A stretch of 64,000 nucleotides of DNA from Paraspadella gotoi (lineage: Eukaryota > Animalia > Chaetognatha), in assembly GCA_051294375.1 (NCBI GenBank), contig CM119268.1:17049420-17113419 (forward strand), written 5' to 3'. Position numbers and translations under genes: made by a program. The notes under the pieces were generated by a model. It searched no databases. It was not told where the DNA came from and worked only from the letters and a program-made list of their open reading frames with translations. Shown here in pieces: positions 26,556-40,666 of this stretch (the stretch's first letter is position 1; each line of letters opens with the position of its first letter).

Positions 26556-26892
26556 TCACATGTTGCAATTTGCTGTTAGATAAGTCCCGTTTTAATTCTC
26601 AAATTTTGTGAATTGTAATAAAAGAAATGAAATAAGGTGTTGTATTAAAAAAATAGTAGTAAAATAAATTGCTTTAAGATTTTTGTCGTTAAATTTTAAA
26701 AATGGAACCAATGGTGAAAAACATATATTTAATGAAGTGGTAATATCAAAACATTAAATTAGTTAACGAATAATAAACGTAAAAACATTACCTTACATAA
26801 AACAAAAAAGTGATAAAATAAAAAAATTAAACGAAATTATTTGTTTTTTTGTTTTTTTAAGCAGATTTTTTAAACGATTTCAGAAGAGTTTT

Positions 26893-26977
26893 CTCCCGGA
26901 ACTAACCCGCACCTAGGAGAGGCACGATTTTTAAAAAGGACCCATACCTCTCCTAGGTATGGCTTAGCCTGCGGGAG
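26893..26977. repeat. 85-bp imperfect inverted repeat (hairpin)
   Basis: Perfect 12-bp core ACCTAGGAGAGG / CCTCTCCTAGGT, extended imperfectly out to CTCCCG / CGGGAG. Confidence 0.75.
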
Positions 26978-28380
26978 TTTTTTCTCGAAAACAAAAGAAA
27001 AAAAACTCTTGAGTTGGACCGAAAGTAAGATGAACTTAAATTGTGAAAAAAAATTGAAAAAATAATACTTGTATTATTTTTTAACCGAAAATAAATTTGT
27101 TTACTAATTTAAGAGGTGCTTTGAATTTACATTTTGTTAGTTATAGAAATAACTTAAAAATATTATTAACATTAACATATGTATAGATTTTAAAACAGTA
27201 AAGGATGAACTATGACGAAGATCCGAGGGGCGCAGCCACCGAATGGCTAGCGTCTAAATGGGGTCAGTGTGGACCCCGAGAGTTTGGACGATGGCCATTG
27301 GATGGGCGCGACCCCTCGGTCGGTTAGATCGGGTCAGGCAAGCTTGAGCGGGCTGGATCGGGCAGGATCGGGCAGGAAAAGGCGGAAGAGGGCGAAAAAA
27401 AGATAGGAGCGAGACAATGCAAATTCAAAAAAAAGGAAATTAATAAAAACATAAAAATAATTATAAAAAAATTATAATAAAGGAAATCCAGAAAAAATCG
27501 ATTTCATAAAATCTTTACAAAAAATTTTTTTTTTTTTGGAAAACATTTTGACCGAATTTTGGTTTGCATTTTCACCTAAATTTCTTTTTATACTTTTTTT
27601 GGGGACGACTCGAAAAACAAGAGAGAAAGTGAGAGAGGAGAAGGAGAGAGAGGGAGAGAGGAGAGAGAGAGAGAGGGAGAGAGAAGAGAGAGGAGAGTTT
27701 TCACTGGGGAATAGAGTCGTTTGGGCTTTTCTTGGCGGAAACTCACCCCGTTCCTCCGCATTTTTATTTCCTACTGCTCCGACCCGCTAACTTACCTTTT
27801 TTTCACTTGTCCTTCCTGCTCTTCTCCTCTTCTCCCTCTTCTGTAGCTGCCTGCCTCTTCCTCTTGCATTCCCTGCATCTTCTTTCTTAGGTCTCCATCC
27901 TAGCGTGAAACCGGGCGATTTTTTTGTCGGATCGAAAACAAAAGTGGCAAAGTCACGTCGTCTCTCATGCTTTTATCTCTCTCTGCATTCTCATCGGGCT
28001 CGTCAATTAGTCTCTCGTCTCTCTATCTCTGCTCTTTTCTGCTGCTCTCCGGTCCTCTCTGCCTCTCTCCTCTCTCTCACAATCTTTCTTTGACGCAAAC
28101 CGCATCACTGCTCCAGCTGACGAACGACAAAGGGACAAAGAACTGCGTTACACGATCATAATTCAGATTTGAAGAAAAAAAAATTAAACGAATGGAATTC
28201 ACATTTAAAAAAAAAATATTTCATTAAAAAAAACCTATATCTCTTTGAATTGAATCTACATATGAATATTTTAGGGAAACAATGTTATTTTTGCAGTTAA
28301 GAATTAACTAAAGCAATGCTTAGTTGCGGAGGCGAAAATTGCGTAGTTTTGACGTGATGTGTGAACGTCACCTTCTTCAT

Positions 28381-28425
<45 letters not shown>
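28381..28425. repeat. (GTC)n microsatellite
   Basis: Directly visible. Confidence 0.95.
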
Positions 28426-28426
<1 letters not shown>

Positions 28427-28599
28427 GTGAAACCAAAGTTTTTACATCAAAGATTTTTAGACAAAAAAGATTCGAATTCTTTTCTCTTTTTTGTCTGCGG
28501 TCGACGCTAACGCCTTCGTTTCCTCTGCCGGGCAAAATGTGAACAACTTAGCAGAAATGAAAAAAAGATGGAAAGTGGAAAATAAAATTAAAAGAACAT

Positions 28600-28754
28600 G
28601 AAAGAAAAAAAAATATATTGAAAGAAAGAAAAATAGGAAATAAAAAAGAAAGAAATAAAAGAAAGAAAAAAATAAAAGAAAGAAAGAAAAAATGAAAGAA
28701 AGAAAAAAGATTGAAAGAAAGAAACAAAGAATCAAAGAAAGATAAAAAGAAAAA

Positions 28755-28818
<64 letters not shown>

Positions 28819-28947
28819 AAAAAAGAAACAAAAAAGAGAAAAGGAAAGAATGAAAGAAAGAAAGAAAGACAATAATAAGAAAAAAAATTGAAAGAAAGAA
28901 AGAAAGAAACTAAAAAGAAAAAAATAAATAAAAAGAAAGAAAGAAAT

Positions 28948-29027
<80 letters not shown>

Positions 29028-29050
29028 CAAAAAAAGAAAAAAAAAAGAAA
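28600..29050. repeat. (AAAG)n and A-rich low-complexity block
   Basis: Directly visible. Confidence 0.9.
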
Positions 29051-29254
29051 CGGAAAGAAAGACGACAAAAAGAGGGGAAAAAAGGTGTTTCAGACGTTTG
29101 AAAGTGTTTGGAATGGATTTCTTTCCTCGGATGATCTATGGAAAAAAAAGTTTTCCACTTTCTCGTTTTCGTTTTGAAATGAAAATGAGTCTTTTCCCAA
29201 AATCAATGGCTCTTTGATTGTGACCCAAAACGAAAAGAGAGAGAGAGAGAGAGT

Positions 29255-29309
<55 letters not shown>

Positions 29310-29637
29310 TCCTTTTCTTTGGTTGAACAAAATCTCAAAAACAGAAACCCTCAGCCACTCAAACATAATGGAGTCAAATTTAAGGTTTTATTTCTTTCTC
29401 TTTTGCTTTTGAGTAAACGAGGTTAGGTTAGCTCAACATCACAGCACAAATTTTATCACTTTTAAATCGCAAAAGTTCACTGATGAATCGAGAAAATGAT
29501 ACTTTTTACTCTCGGTCTCTTATATTCAAGCCACCACTTTCCATCTGTGTTTTTTACTTCATTGACTAAGAAAGACCTTTCCCGTCCTCCAGTATTTTAG
29601 TATTACATCCGGAACACAGTCTCGTGTTAATTCCCGC

Positions 29638-29708
29638 TTCCGTTCTTCCGTTCTTCCGTTCTTCCGTTCTTCCGCTTTCGCATCCGGCATCCGGCATCCG
29701 GCATCCGG
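29638..29708. repeat. (TTCCGTTC)n 8-mer followed by (GCATCCG)n 7-mer
   Basis: About four copies of each are visible. Confidence 0.85.
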
Positions 29709-30277
29709 CTACCGTCACCGGCGGTCGTCCACCCTTTGCGGTCACTCAGCGTCAAAACTGGAGATTAGATTTGGATCAACATTTTTGACGAAAGGATTCA
29801 AATTTCTTTCCAAAACAAGACGAGGGTGACGACGACGACGACGACGACGACGAGAAAGATTTAAATGAAGAAACCGAAGTAATATTACTAAACCTAACCT
29901 TCATTTAATTTTGTTACAATTTGAAAAAAAAATTAAGATAAGCTTCAAACTGAAATCAGCAAAGTAGTATGGAGTTAGCCTTTCCCTTCTTCGATATCTC
30001 CTGAGCCGACTCAGAAACGGGGTGTAATCCGATCTCAAAATCTTACCCGCCCTGAAACTCACCCCCGCTTATTCCCCCTTCTCCCGCCAGCAAGACCCAC
30101 CCGGCCACCCGCTCAAAGTGTGTCCTTGCATTTTCGTCGGGCTCCCGCTTCTACTGTAGAGTCTCATATGCATAACCCTAAGAACTCGGCAAACACTCTT
30201 TATCGGCCATCCCATTAAAAGCAGACGCGGAAAATTTTTAATAACGACGGAAGAGAGAGAGGGGGAGAAAGGGAGGT

Positions 30278-30357
<80 letters not shown>

Positions 30358-33108
30358 CGTGGGCATCTAGCAGGTTGCACCGCGAAAGAGGAAGAAAACT
30401 ACAACGACAACGACTCCGGAAACGACGACGACGACGACAATGACGACGACAACGACCAAGCAAACGTCCTAGACAGTACTGGCTGCAGAGTCGCGATAAT
30501 GTTTTGATTGTGTTTTAATCCTGAAAAATGCGAAGGGCGACGAACGTTGGAGAACGAACATCGAAATCCCCAACCTCAACTCGAAAGAGGGAATTTGCAT
30601 AACAACGAAAAGGAGAAAGATGAACAGAATTTAGCTGGAAATCTTAAAAGCTGACGACGAATATAGACTCTGGATTTGAAGTAGTTACTAAGGACGCTCG
30701 GCGAAAGCTTGATTGCTTGCCAACGAAAGTTTTGCAAGCTTTCTTGAATTATCTTCGTTCACTTAAAAACAGGTAGCGAGAGCCGGCTCCAGGAGAGACG
30801 CGGTAACGTAACCTTTTTAAGCCGGAAATATCAACCAGATTTTTTATCGTTAATTCAAGACACACACGCGGAAAAAAAAAGATAAATAAATAAATAAAAT
30901 CAGAAAAAAACCTGACGTTTTTCGCGAAACCGCGCAATCCTAATGTCTTGTCGGGGAAAATGGAATAAAAAAAATCGATGAAAAACAATTTCGGTTTTTG
31001 CCTTTTCGATGTATTTTATCTCAAAGGCGACGAAAAATCAATGAAGATAAAAGTCAANNNNNNNNNNNNNNNNNNNNNNNNNNNNNNNNNNNNNNNNNNN
31101 NNNNNNNNNNNNNNNNNNNNNNNNNNNNNNNNNNNNNNNNNNNNNNNNNNNNNNNNNNNNNNNNNNNNNNNNNNNNNNNNNNNNNNNNNNNNNNNNNNNN
31201 NNNNNNNNNNNNNNNNNNNNNNNNNNNNNNNNNNNNNNNNNNNNNNNNNNNNNNNNNNNNNNNNNNNNGAAGGTACGACAGAAAACATTAGGAGAAAAGA
31301 GTAAGTAGAGAATTTCACTAAGCGTGGGTTATTGGTAAGGTTTCATGAAAAACAAGGGAAGTCACTTCGGTTCCAAAGAATAGAATTAGTGAATAAAACA
31401 AAACATTTGTGACAAACGTCAAACTTCCAAACGGACCAAAGGTAACTAGGGAGAAGAAAGACTAAAGTATTTTTTAAATAATCAGAAATTCCGTCCTGAC
31501 TTACTTTTTGACAAAAACAAGTGATATTTGTGATAGAGCGAGAGTGATACGAGGGTGAGTCGTGCCGGTGCGACGGGGTGAGTAAATATTTTTGTTTCGA
31601 CCCAAAAAAAAGTTCCGCTTCTCTGCCGAGGGGCGAACGCGTGACCCTCACGTCGGTCGGGATGAAGTCGAGTGAGGACAACGACGACGACGACAAAGAC
31701 GAAAAAAGGCAACAACCATGACGACGACGACAACAACAACAACAAGAACAACAACCGAAACGACGACGTCTAAAAGCCCAAAAGCAGAGAGACTTCGTCC
31801 TGAGCCATAATGACGGCAATGTCCCGAGCTTTGAATAAGTGATCAAATGGCCTGCACGTCTCCTTCCCCCAGCGTCATCTCTCTCTCTCTCNNNNNNNNN
31901 NNNNNNNNNNNNNNNNNNNNNNNNNNNNNNNNNNNNNNNNNNNNNNNNNNNNNNNNNNNNNNNNNNNNNNNNNNNNNNNNNNNNNNNNNNNNNNNNNNNN
32001 NACCATTCAATATGAAACGAAAAAGCCCCAAACATGTTTTGAAGGATTTTTTCGAGTTATGCCTCGAAGCGCCGCCAGAGTCTCACCTTCGCTTCTTATG
32101 AATAAAAGACAAAAGATCCGTCATCGAAAAATAGAGAAAAAAAAGTCATTTCTTTTTCTCTTTCCTTTCTTCTTTCCACCCATTTTCTTTCCTCAAATTT
32201 TTGCTCCTAAGAAAGAAATAGTCAGCGGAGTTCATGTTAATTTTTTGGGGTTCAATACATCCCTTTAAATATTTTTCCGACTTTGGTAACTACTCAGTTT
32301 CATGTATTCTTCATGTAAATCTTCAAAACAAACTAACCAAAAAAAAAAAAAAAACTTGCAAACGTTGTGACCAACTGTAATTTTCAGTCGTTGCTCGAGT
32401 ATCGATTTCAGTCTATAAATATTCTTTCTACTCACGACTCCTCGTTAAATTTTCNNNNNNNNNNNNNNNNNNNNNNNNNNNNNNNNNNNNNNNNNNNNNN
32501 NNNNNNNNNNNNNNNNNNNNNNNNNNNNNNNNNNNNNNNNNNNNNNNNNNNNNNNNNNNNNNNNNNNNNNNNNNNNNNNNNNNNNNNNNNNNNNNNNNNN
32601 NNNNNNNNNNNNNNNNNNNNNNNNNNNNNNNNNNNNNNNNNNNNNNNNNNNNNNNNNNNNNNNNNNNNNNNNNNNNNNNNNNNNACGTTCGCCGCCACCA
32701 GGTGCCGCGGCGTCGAAGTCGGGTGGCAGCGCGAGCGCCGGATGCCGACGCCCGGTCGTTGCCACCAGATGCAACTCGACGCCGGTTCGAAGCCGAAGGA
32801 TGGAAGAGGTATACGATTTCATTCGCGCCCACGGTGCCACGGCGAAATATTTCGAGCGTCTCTGTCTCTGTCTCNNNNNNNNNNNNNNNNNNNNNNNNNN
32901 NNNNNNNNNNNNNNNNNNNNNNNNNNNNNNNNNNNNNNNNNNNNNNNNNNNNNNNNNNNNNNNNNNNNNNNNNNNNNNNNNNNNNNNNNNNNNNNNNNNN
33001 NNNNNNNNNNNNNNNNNNNNNNNNNNNNNNNNNNNNNNNNNNNNNNNNNNNNNNNNNNNNNNNNNNNNNNNNNNNNNNNNNNNNNNNNNNNNNNNNNNNN
33101 NNNNNNNN

Positions 33109-33143
<35 letters not shown>

Positions 33144-33800
33144 TTACGCCGAAACAGGATTGACCGAAAGTCCGGTGGACCCGAGAAAAGGGAAAGAAGT
33201 GACGGTTGGGGCGGGGCGGTGGTGTTGAGAAAAGGGAAGAAAAATTGGAAGAGAAAAAAGAGAACGACACACGAAAACAACAACAACAACAACAACCAAG
33301 ACGACGATTTCATTTTTGTAAAAAAAAAAATGTCGAGTCGTAGTTAAATATTAAATTTACTTACCGGTCAAAATCAAACAATTAAGAAGTCAAACAGTAG
33401 TTAAAATTATCAATTGAAATTAATTGAGATAAGATGATGGGTAAAATATTTAAGAATATAATCAAATGTTAAATTAGTATACCAAAAAAAAAAATCCTTT
33501 GTAAATTTGAACTACTTTTTCTTATCTTTCCACTTTCTCCAATCTTCACCCCAGCGCCACCTCGCAGTCCCTCGGGACCCAACGACGGCCCAAATCTGAT
33601 GAGGCGAACCCCAGAGGGCATATCAATGAAGGGCGCAAGGCGGACCGGCGGGGAAGGGGGAAGACTCAGTGGAAGACCCGAAGAAGACTCGGGAACCGAG
33701 AGAGAAGACCTGATAAGAAGACCCGAGAACCACTTCATCTTCGAGGATCTCGAACGTGAGGTTGAGAAAAAGAATTTAAATACGCTTCTTTGGTCGACAA

Positions 33801-33901
<101 letters not shown>

Positions 33902-36900
33902 GGATCGGCCATCCTGGCCAGAGAGCGATAGAGAGGGAGAGGGAACAGCCCTTGATCCTATTTCCTCATTCGAGATGATGGCTTATGATGCTAATGAGGC
34001 AGTCGTGGTCGCCCATAGACGATGAGTCGAGAGGGGATTCGTGGGAGGAAGAAGACGAGGGGGAGGAAGAGGAGGGAGGGAGAGGGAATGGAGAAGGAGG
34101 GCAGAGAGAGTGGGAGAGAGAGTGGGAGAGAGAGATGAAACGAGGAGGATGATAAAGATGGAACTAGACGAAAAGAAAATAAGATTGAGCTGGAAGTGAA
34201 CAGATTTGAATCAGGGACAATTTAAGATACCAAGCTTCTGACTATTTAGTTCAGAAGATTAGCACTTGTTTTCGGTCAATTTAAGTTTTAGTTCGGGATA
34301 GTCATCCAAAAAGTTTGATCATTATCTTCGAAAATACGTATGGGACAAAAAAAAANNNNNNNNNNNNNNNNNNNNNNNNNNNNNNNNNNNNNNNNNNNNN
34401 NNNNNNNNNNNNNNNNNNNNNNNNNNNNNNNNNNNNNNNNNNNNNNNNNNNNNNNNNNNNNNNNNNNNNNNNNNNNNNNNNNNNNNNNNNNNNNNNNNNN
34501 NNNNNNNNNNNNNNNNNNNNNNNNNNNNNNNNNNNNNNNNNNNNNNNNNNNNNNNNNNNNNNNNNNNNNNNNNNNNNNNNNNNNNNNNNNNNNNNNNNNN
34601 NNNNNNNNNNNNNNNNNNNNNNNNNNNNNNNNNNNNNNNNNNNNNNNNNNNNNNNNNNNNNNNNNNNNNNNNNNNNNNNNNNNNNNNNNNNNNNNNNNNN
34701 NNNNNNNNNNNNNNNNNNNNNNNNNNNNNNNNNNTGTGGGGAAGGGAAACGAGCGGAAAAGAGGAAAGGGAGGAAAGGGAGGTAAGAGTGAAAAAAGGAA
34801 AGAAGGAAAAAGAGGAAAGTTGTGTGAAACAGGAGATATTGGAGGAAGAGGAGAAAGAAGAAGCGAAAATTTTCAATCATGAATCCCAGTCACTCCGCGC
34901 CTTTTGTTCCCAGGCTTCTGAGCCATTTTTCCTAAGAAACCATCTCTCTCTCTCTCTCTTTTTCGTTCTCAATTTCTGTCCGTCTTTTTCTCGCTCTCGC
35001 TCTCTCTTTCGTCCCCACACACACGCGCTCACGCACGCACTAGACACTGTACTCACCTTAATCAAGACTCNNNNNNNNNNNNNNNNNNNNNNNNNNNNNN
35101 NNNNNNNNNNNNNNNNNNNNNNNNNNNNNNNNNNNNNNNNNNNNNNNNNNNNNNNNNNNNNNNNNNNNNNNNNNNNNNNNNNNNNNNNNNNNNNNNNNNN
35201 NNNNNNNNNNNNNNNNNNNNNNNNNNNNNNNNNNNNNNNNNNNNNNNNNNNNNNNNNNNNNNNNNNNNNNNNNNNNNNNNNNNNNNNNNNNNNNNNNCTC
35301 TCTTTCTCTCTCTCTCTGTCTCTTGGAGTAACTCATTCCCTTTCTTATCAAAGGCTTTCTCCGGTGAGTCTATGAGTCATCAACTGATTTAAGACGCATT
35401 CAACGTATTTTTCCTTCCACGTCGCTCGCTCAAGTTTCTGCCGTCGTCGCCGTTGTCGTCGTCGTCTTCCTTTTCTTCTCGGAGATTCTTCCTCTCTTAT
35501 TTCTCTTTCTAATATATTTTTTTCGTTTCTAGTATCACATTCCTTTTACCTTACGTAATCATTGTTTTTTTTTCGTCCCGTTCTTTATTTTATATTTTCT
35601 AAATTCAAATTGTAGTTTAATCTTATTAAAAGCTATGAAATTTTGTTGAAACAATTCGAGCATTATTTGAGTATTCTATTAATTGATAATTTTTTTCTCA
35701 AAAAGCGAGAGAATCACCAGATCGGGACTCTTTACAATTGAAAACCTCTTCCCTCTAACAAAAGGCAACGAGTGCTCAAACCTCAAAGCATATACCGCGC
35801 GCATCCCGACCTTACTTCCTAATTTACCACCCGAGAACATCATTGCTAACTGTCGATGAAAGAACGCCTAAGATTCTCTCCTCCGTTCAAGTCTCGAACT
35901 TCCCGCCTTTAATTGCTCCGTCTCCCGCATCTTTAAATAGATGTCTTACTTTCCAACGACTCACCTCACCTCAGCCCCTCACTCACCCCCCCCTTTCTTT
36001 CACTCATTCGACTTTTCCCTTCCGCCTTCATTTGCATCCCTGGCAGTTTTGATTCCCTCGCACCTGGTCGCGTGCCGACCGCACGTAGAACTAGAACTAG
36101 GAGGAAAACTGCGAAACTTAAAATAAAAAACAAGAAGAAAGTCTTCTCCTTTTTTATTTAAATAAACGTTTTCATTTTTGCTTGAAGCTTTTGTTGTTTT
36201 GTTTTTTTTTCAGTTCTCGTCATCGCCGCTATCACAAACTCGGCGCCTCGCTCCACGTCTCATCAGAACTACAATGGAAAAAAAACTTTATGGCGGGAAA
36301 ACAACATAGGAAAGAGAAAGGCGCGGAGACAACATTAAAGCCGCTAAAATTAAAGAAATTAAAATTTAAATAAAAATAAAAAGGAAACGCAATACAGACA
36401 AACACGAAGGCCGATCGTTTCCTTCGCCCAATCGTAGTTAATCATAGGGAGAAGTACCTTCAGTTAAAGGATCGTCTGCTCATCAACTCATACTCTCTTC
36501 TCAACCCTTCAACTCCTGCCACCTACTACTTCCCTTCTCAACCCNNNNNNNNNNNNNNNNNNNNNNNNNNNNNNNNNNNNNNNNNNNNNNNNNNNNNNNN
36601 NNNNNNNNNNNNNNNNNNNNNNNNNNNNNNNNNNNNNNNNNNNNNNNNNNNNNNNNNNNNNNNNNNNNNNNNNNNNNNNNNNNNNNNNNNNNNNNNNNNN
36701 NNNNNNNNNNNNNNNNNNNNNNNNNNNNNNNNNNNNNNNNNNNNNNNNNNNNNNNNNNNNNNNNNNNNNNNNNNNNNNNNNNNNNNNNNNNNNNNNNNNN
36801 NNNNNNNNNNNNNNNNNNNNNNNNNNNNNNNNNNNNNNNNNNNNNNNNNNNNNNNNNNNNNNNNNNNNNNNNNNNNNNNNNNNNNNNNNNNNNNNNNNNN

Positions 36901-37685
36901 NNNNNNNNNNNNNNNNNNNNNNNNNNNNNNNNNNNNNNNNNNNNNNNNNNNNNNNNNNNNNNNNNNNNNNNNNNNNNNNNNNNNNNNNNNNNNNNNNNNN
37001 NNNNNNNNNNNNNNNNNNNNNNNNNNNNNNNNNNNNNNNNNNNNNNNNNNNNNNNNNNNNNNNNNNNNNNNNNNNNNNNNNNNNNNNNNNNNNNNNNNNN
37101 NNNNNNNNNNNNNNNNNNTTTTTTTTCTAGGGAATGAACGAGAAAGGAAAAAAAATGGACGAGAAAAAGTTTTAACAATAAGTTTGGATATAATGTTTTA
37201 TCCACATGTAATTGAAAAAGCATGATTAATGGTTATTCTCTATTTATAATATTTGGTTTTTGCGAAAACATTTCCTAATAATAATGGACTGCGCTGAGTT
37301 CGCTCCGGACTGTGCCTTATCTTTTTCCCGAGCAACTTCTTTTGCGATGGGTTTTCCTAAAAGCACCGGAATGTGTATCCCTTAATACTCCCTTTCCCTT
37401 TGTTCATCTTTTTTCCCTTTATGCAAATATTTTGTTGCTTATAGTGAGGTCGTCTTCGTCGTCTTCGTAGTCGTCATCGTCGTCGTCGTCGTCGTCTTCG
37501 TAGTAGTCGTCGTCGTCGTCGTCGTCGTTGCATCCGTCGTCGTCATTATTGCTGGGTTGGGAGGAAAATTCATCTTTTAGTCTTTTGTCTCTGGGTGTCT
37601 GCCGCTGATGGGACGCCATTTCGCTGAAAATGGCCGTGTATCAAAATCAGGCGCCACGACGTACTTGAAAGAGACAGAGAGAGCC

Positions 37686-37730
<45 letters not shown>

Positions 37731-38480
37731 GAGAAGAGAGAGATGAGAGAGAGAGAGGATAAAAGAGAAAAGGAAATCAAATTTTGTGGGTGAAGGACGG
37801 AATAAAAACATCCATGTGTCATGACATGTATAAAAAAACCTCTTGTATGTATTTAAAACAAAAAAAATTCTGTCATCACTATCGTCCTTACTTATTTCTT
37901 GCGCCAAGAAAAGCCATTATATTAATCGCAAAGACGCTGATAATAAAATAAAAGAAGGGGGCTGAAGATAGGAAACAAAAATAATGGCAGAGAGAGAGAA
38001 GAGGAGCAGAGAGCAGAGAAGAGGAGAGAGAGAGGAGAGAGAGAGAGAGAGAGAGAGAGAAATGGCAGGAGCTGGGGAAAAAAGCCGAAGAACAAATGAA
38101 AGTAAGATATCCAACAATGGAGGAGGCACGGCGCGGAATGGGAGATATGGTAATAAGATGGGTAAGAAATGAAAGGGGAGGAATCTTAAGTAGTGAGGAG
38201 AGAATGGAGCGGGAGGAGGAAGAGAGGAAAGAAAAAAAGAAGAGGAAAGGGGAAAAAAAAGAGAAGTGTAGTGAAACAAAGAACAATTAGTAGTCGGATT
38301 TGTGACGGTTCTTTTCCAAAACGAAAATCAGGGAAGAAGAAGAATGAAAAGACTTTAAAAAGTTGAAATTTAAATAGAATCCATTTAATCTTTTGTATTA
38401 GTAAACGTTGAATCGCTCTTACAAAAAAGGTATGTACGTAGAACATTAAAATATCGATAAATACATAAAATTAATGAAGG

Positions 38481-38550
<70 letters not shown>

Positions 38551-40589
38551 AAAGAATAAAAAAGAAAGAAAGAGAGATAGAAAGATGGAGAAAAGGAGAG
38601 ACCCAGAACCATCAAAGATTGTTTTATGCTTTCTCGTCCTTGAGTCTTGAATCTTCTGCAGCGATTCTTCCTCACTCTCGCCTCTTCCCTCTTCTCCTTT
38701 TTTCTTTTATACATTTTCCTCTTTCTCTCTTTCCATATTATCCATTTGTCTCTTGTTCCTTTTTTGAATTTTTATTCTGAAACTAGTATTTTTAACATTT
38801 TCTACATTCTTAAGTTGTTACTTCCCTTTTCTAAATTTACCTCCAAGTATCTCCCACTCTTTTCCTATACTTCTTCTCCCATTTTCCTTCTCCATCTTCT
38901 CTCCTTCTCCTCCTCTTCTTCACCCCTACTACCAATTTTCTATCCCTCCTCTCCTCGTCTCTTCCCACCGCCCTACTACCCACCTATTTCCATCTTTCCT
39001 TTCTCAGAATCTTTGCATTTTAATCTTATTCCCACCAGCAAACGGCCAAGGACACGGGAGCCTTTGAGTGCTCCGTTCTGCGACACGCGCGTACGCCTAA
39101 GCTCTTCTCTCTCTCTCTCTCTCTCTCGTCGGTCTCTCCTCATTCTCTCTCGTCTCTCATCTATCTCATCTCTATGCTCTCTCTCCATCATGACTCTCTC
39201 CCTCCTCTCTCTCTCCTCTCTCTTTTCTCGTCTCTCTCTTTGCGTTTGTCAAGCGCTTCTTAGGCCATTGAGTTGCAATTTAAATTGCGCGTTGCCCACG
39301 AGTCGTCGCTGTCGTCGTCGTCGTCGTTGTCGTCGTGTTACAACCACAACTTTGATCCACATCGAACCAGTCATGTTCGATTGATGTTATTGTCGTATGA
39401 ATCGGAAACGTCATCGTCGTCGTCATCGTCGTCGCCGTCAGCATCCCTGTCAAAAAACTTGTCCCTCTATCGGGTCAGCCTCTCCTCAAGTATGAGGAAA
39501 ATTATTTATTTTATTATTTCTTTTTTATTTTAGATATTTTTCAGTGATAAAAGAAATTTAGGCAAAAAACAAACAAAATTAGACCTTAAAATAAATTGAA
39601 AAAAATGAAAAAATAAATAAATAAAATATTAAATTAATAAAACATACAAATGATCAAAAAGTAAACAGACGATTAGATAAATGATTCAATCAACCAAACA
39701 ACCGATAAAAAAATAAATAAGCCAATAAAAAATAAAATAAATGAGTAAAGAAAGAGAGTTGGCTTATTTACTCAAAATAATGATTTTTTTCTTATTATGA
39801 GTATTGTGTAGAGACTTTGGATATCGTTGCGTTTAGTCTTTTAAATGTTTTCTCCTCAACAAATAATGATTCGACTTCCCGCCAGATCCAAGTCGCGATG
39901 CCGAGGTTTCTCCGCATCTTCCTAGTTACGCTTCTTATCGAGACGCCCGCTGGTTCCCTCCCCTTCCTCGGAACCCAACGCCGAGCAACGGCCTCCGATG
40001 CCATCCGATGCCATCCAATATGGGGACTTGGGAGGCTGACCCTGTCACCCGCAGAAATTGCCTGTCCTGAGTGGAATGGGTGAATCTTTTTTTTTCCCCA
40101 CAGTTATATTTCTTTTTTTTGTGGGGGTGGGGAGAGGGAAAATTGTGAGGGAGGAGATCGAGGGTTCAAGATCTGGAAAACATTTAAAACATTAAAAACA
40201 AAGATTGTTTAAATAAAAAACGTTTTAATGCACGTCCGGTTGCTGTCGTTTTGTCTTTGCTTCTACTAATAAAACCGCTTAACCAAGAAACTATTCGCCA
40301 CTTACCCAAGATAACCAAATACCCTTTCGCTACCACTCACTCGGTTCGCGCAACTGCCCCAATTTCTACGACATGTTTCATCATCGTCACACGCCCACAA
40401 CTACTAAGAAATCTCCAAAGCCTTCACATCTTCCCCTCCAAAATATTGGCCAACCCCCGGCAACCCCAACGCGCCCCTCCTCTCCGAGAGGATCTTCCAC
40501 TTAATACGTCAATGCGATCGGCGCTGATCGGCGGCGGATTTCCGCTGTAAGCGACCGGAAACGCCGCTATCTGTCCCTCCTCCCTCTTC

Positions 40590-40666
<77 letters not shown>

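Noticed and set aside
27600-28090. Irregular GA/CT-rich sequence that appears complex (also ~22870-23060 and ~24430-24720)
   Set aside because: It looks like degenerate or error-rich (GA)n, possibly uncorrected long-read fill, and is not informative.
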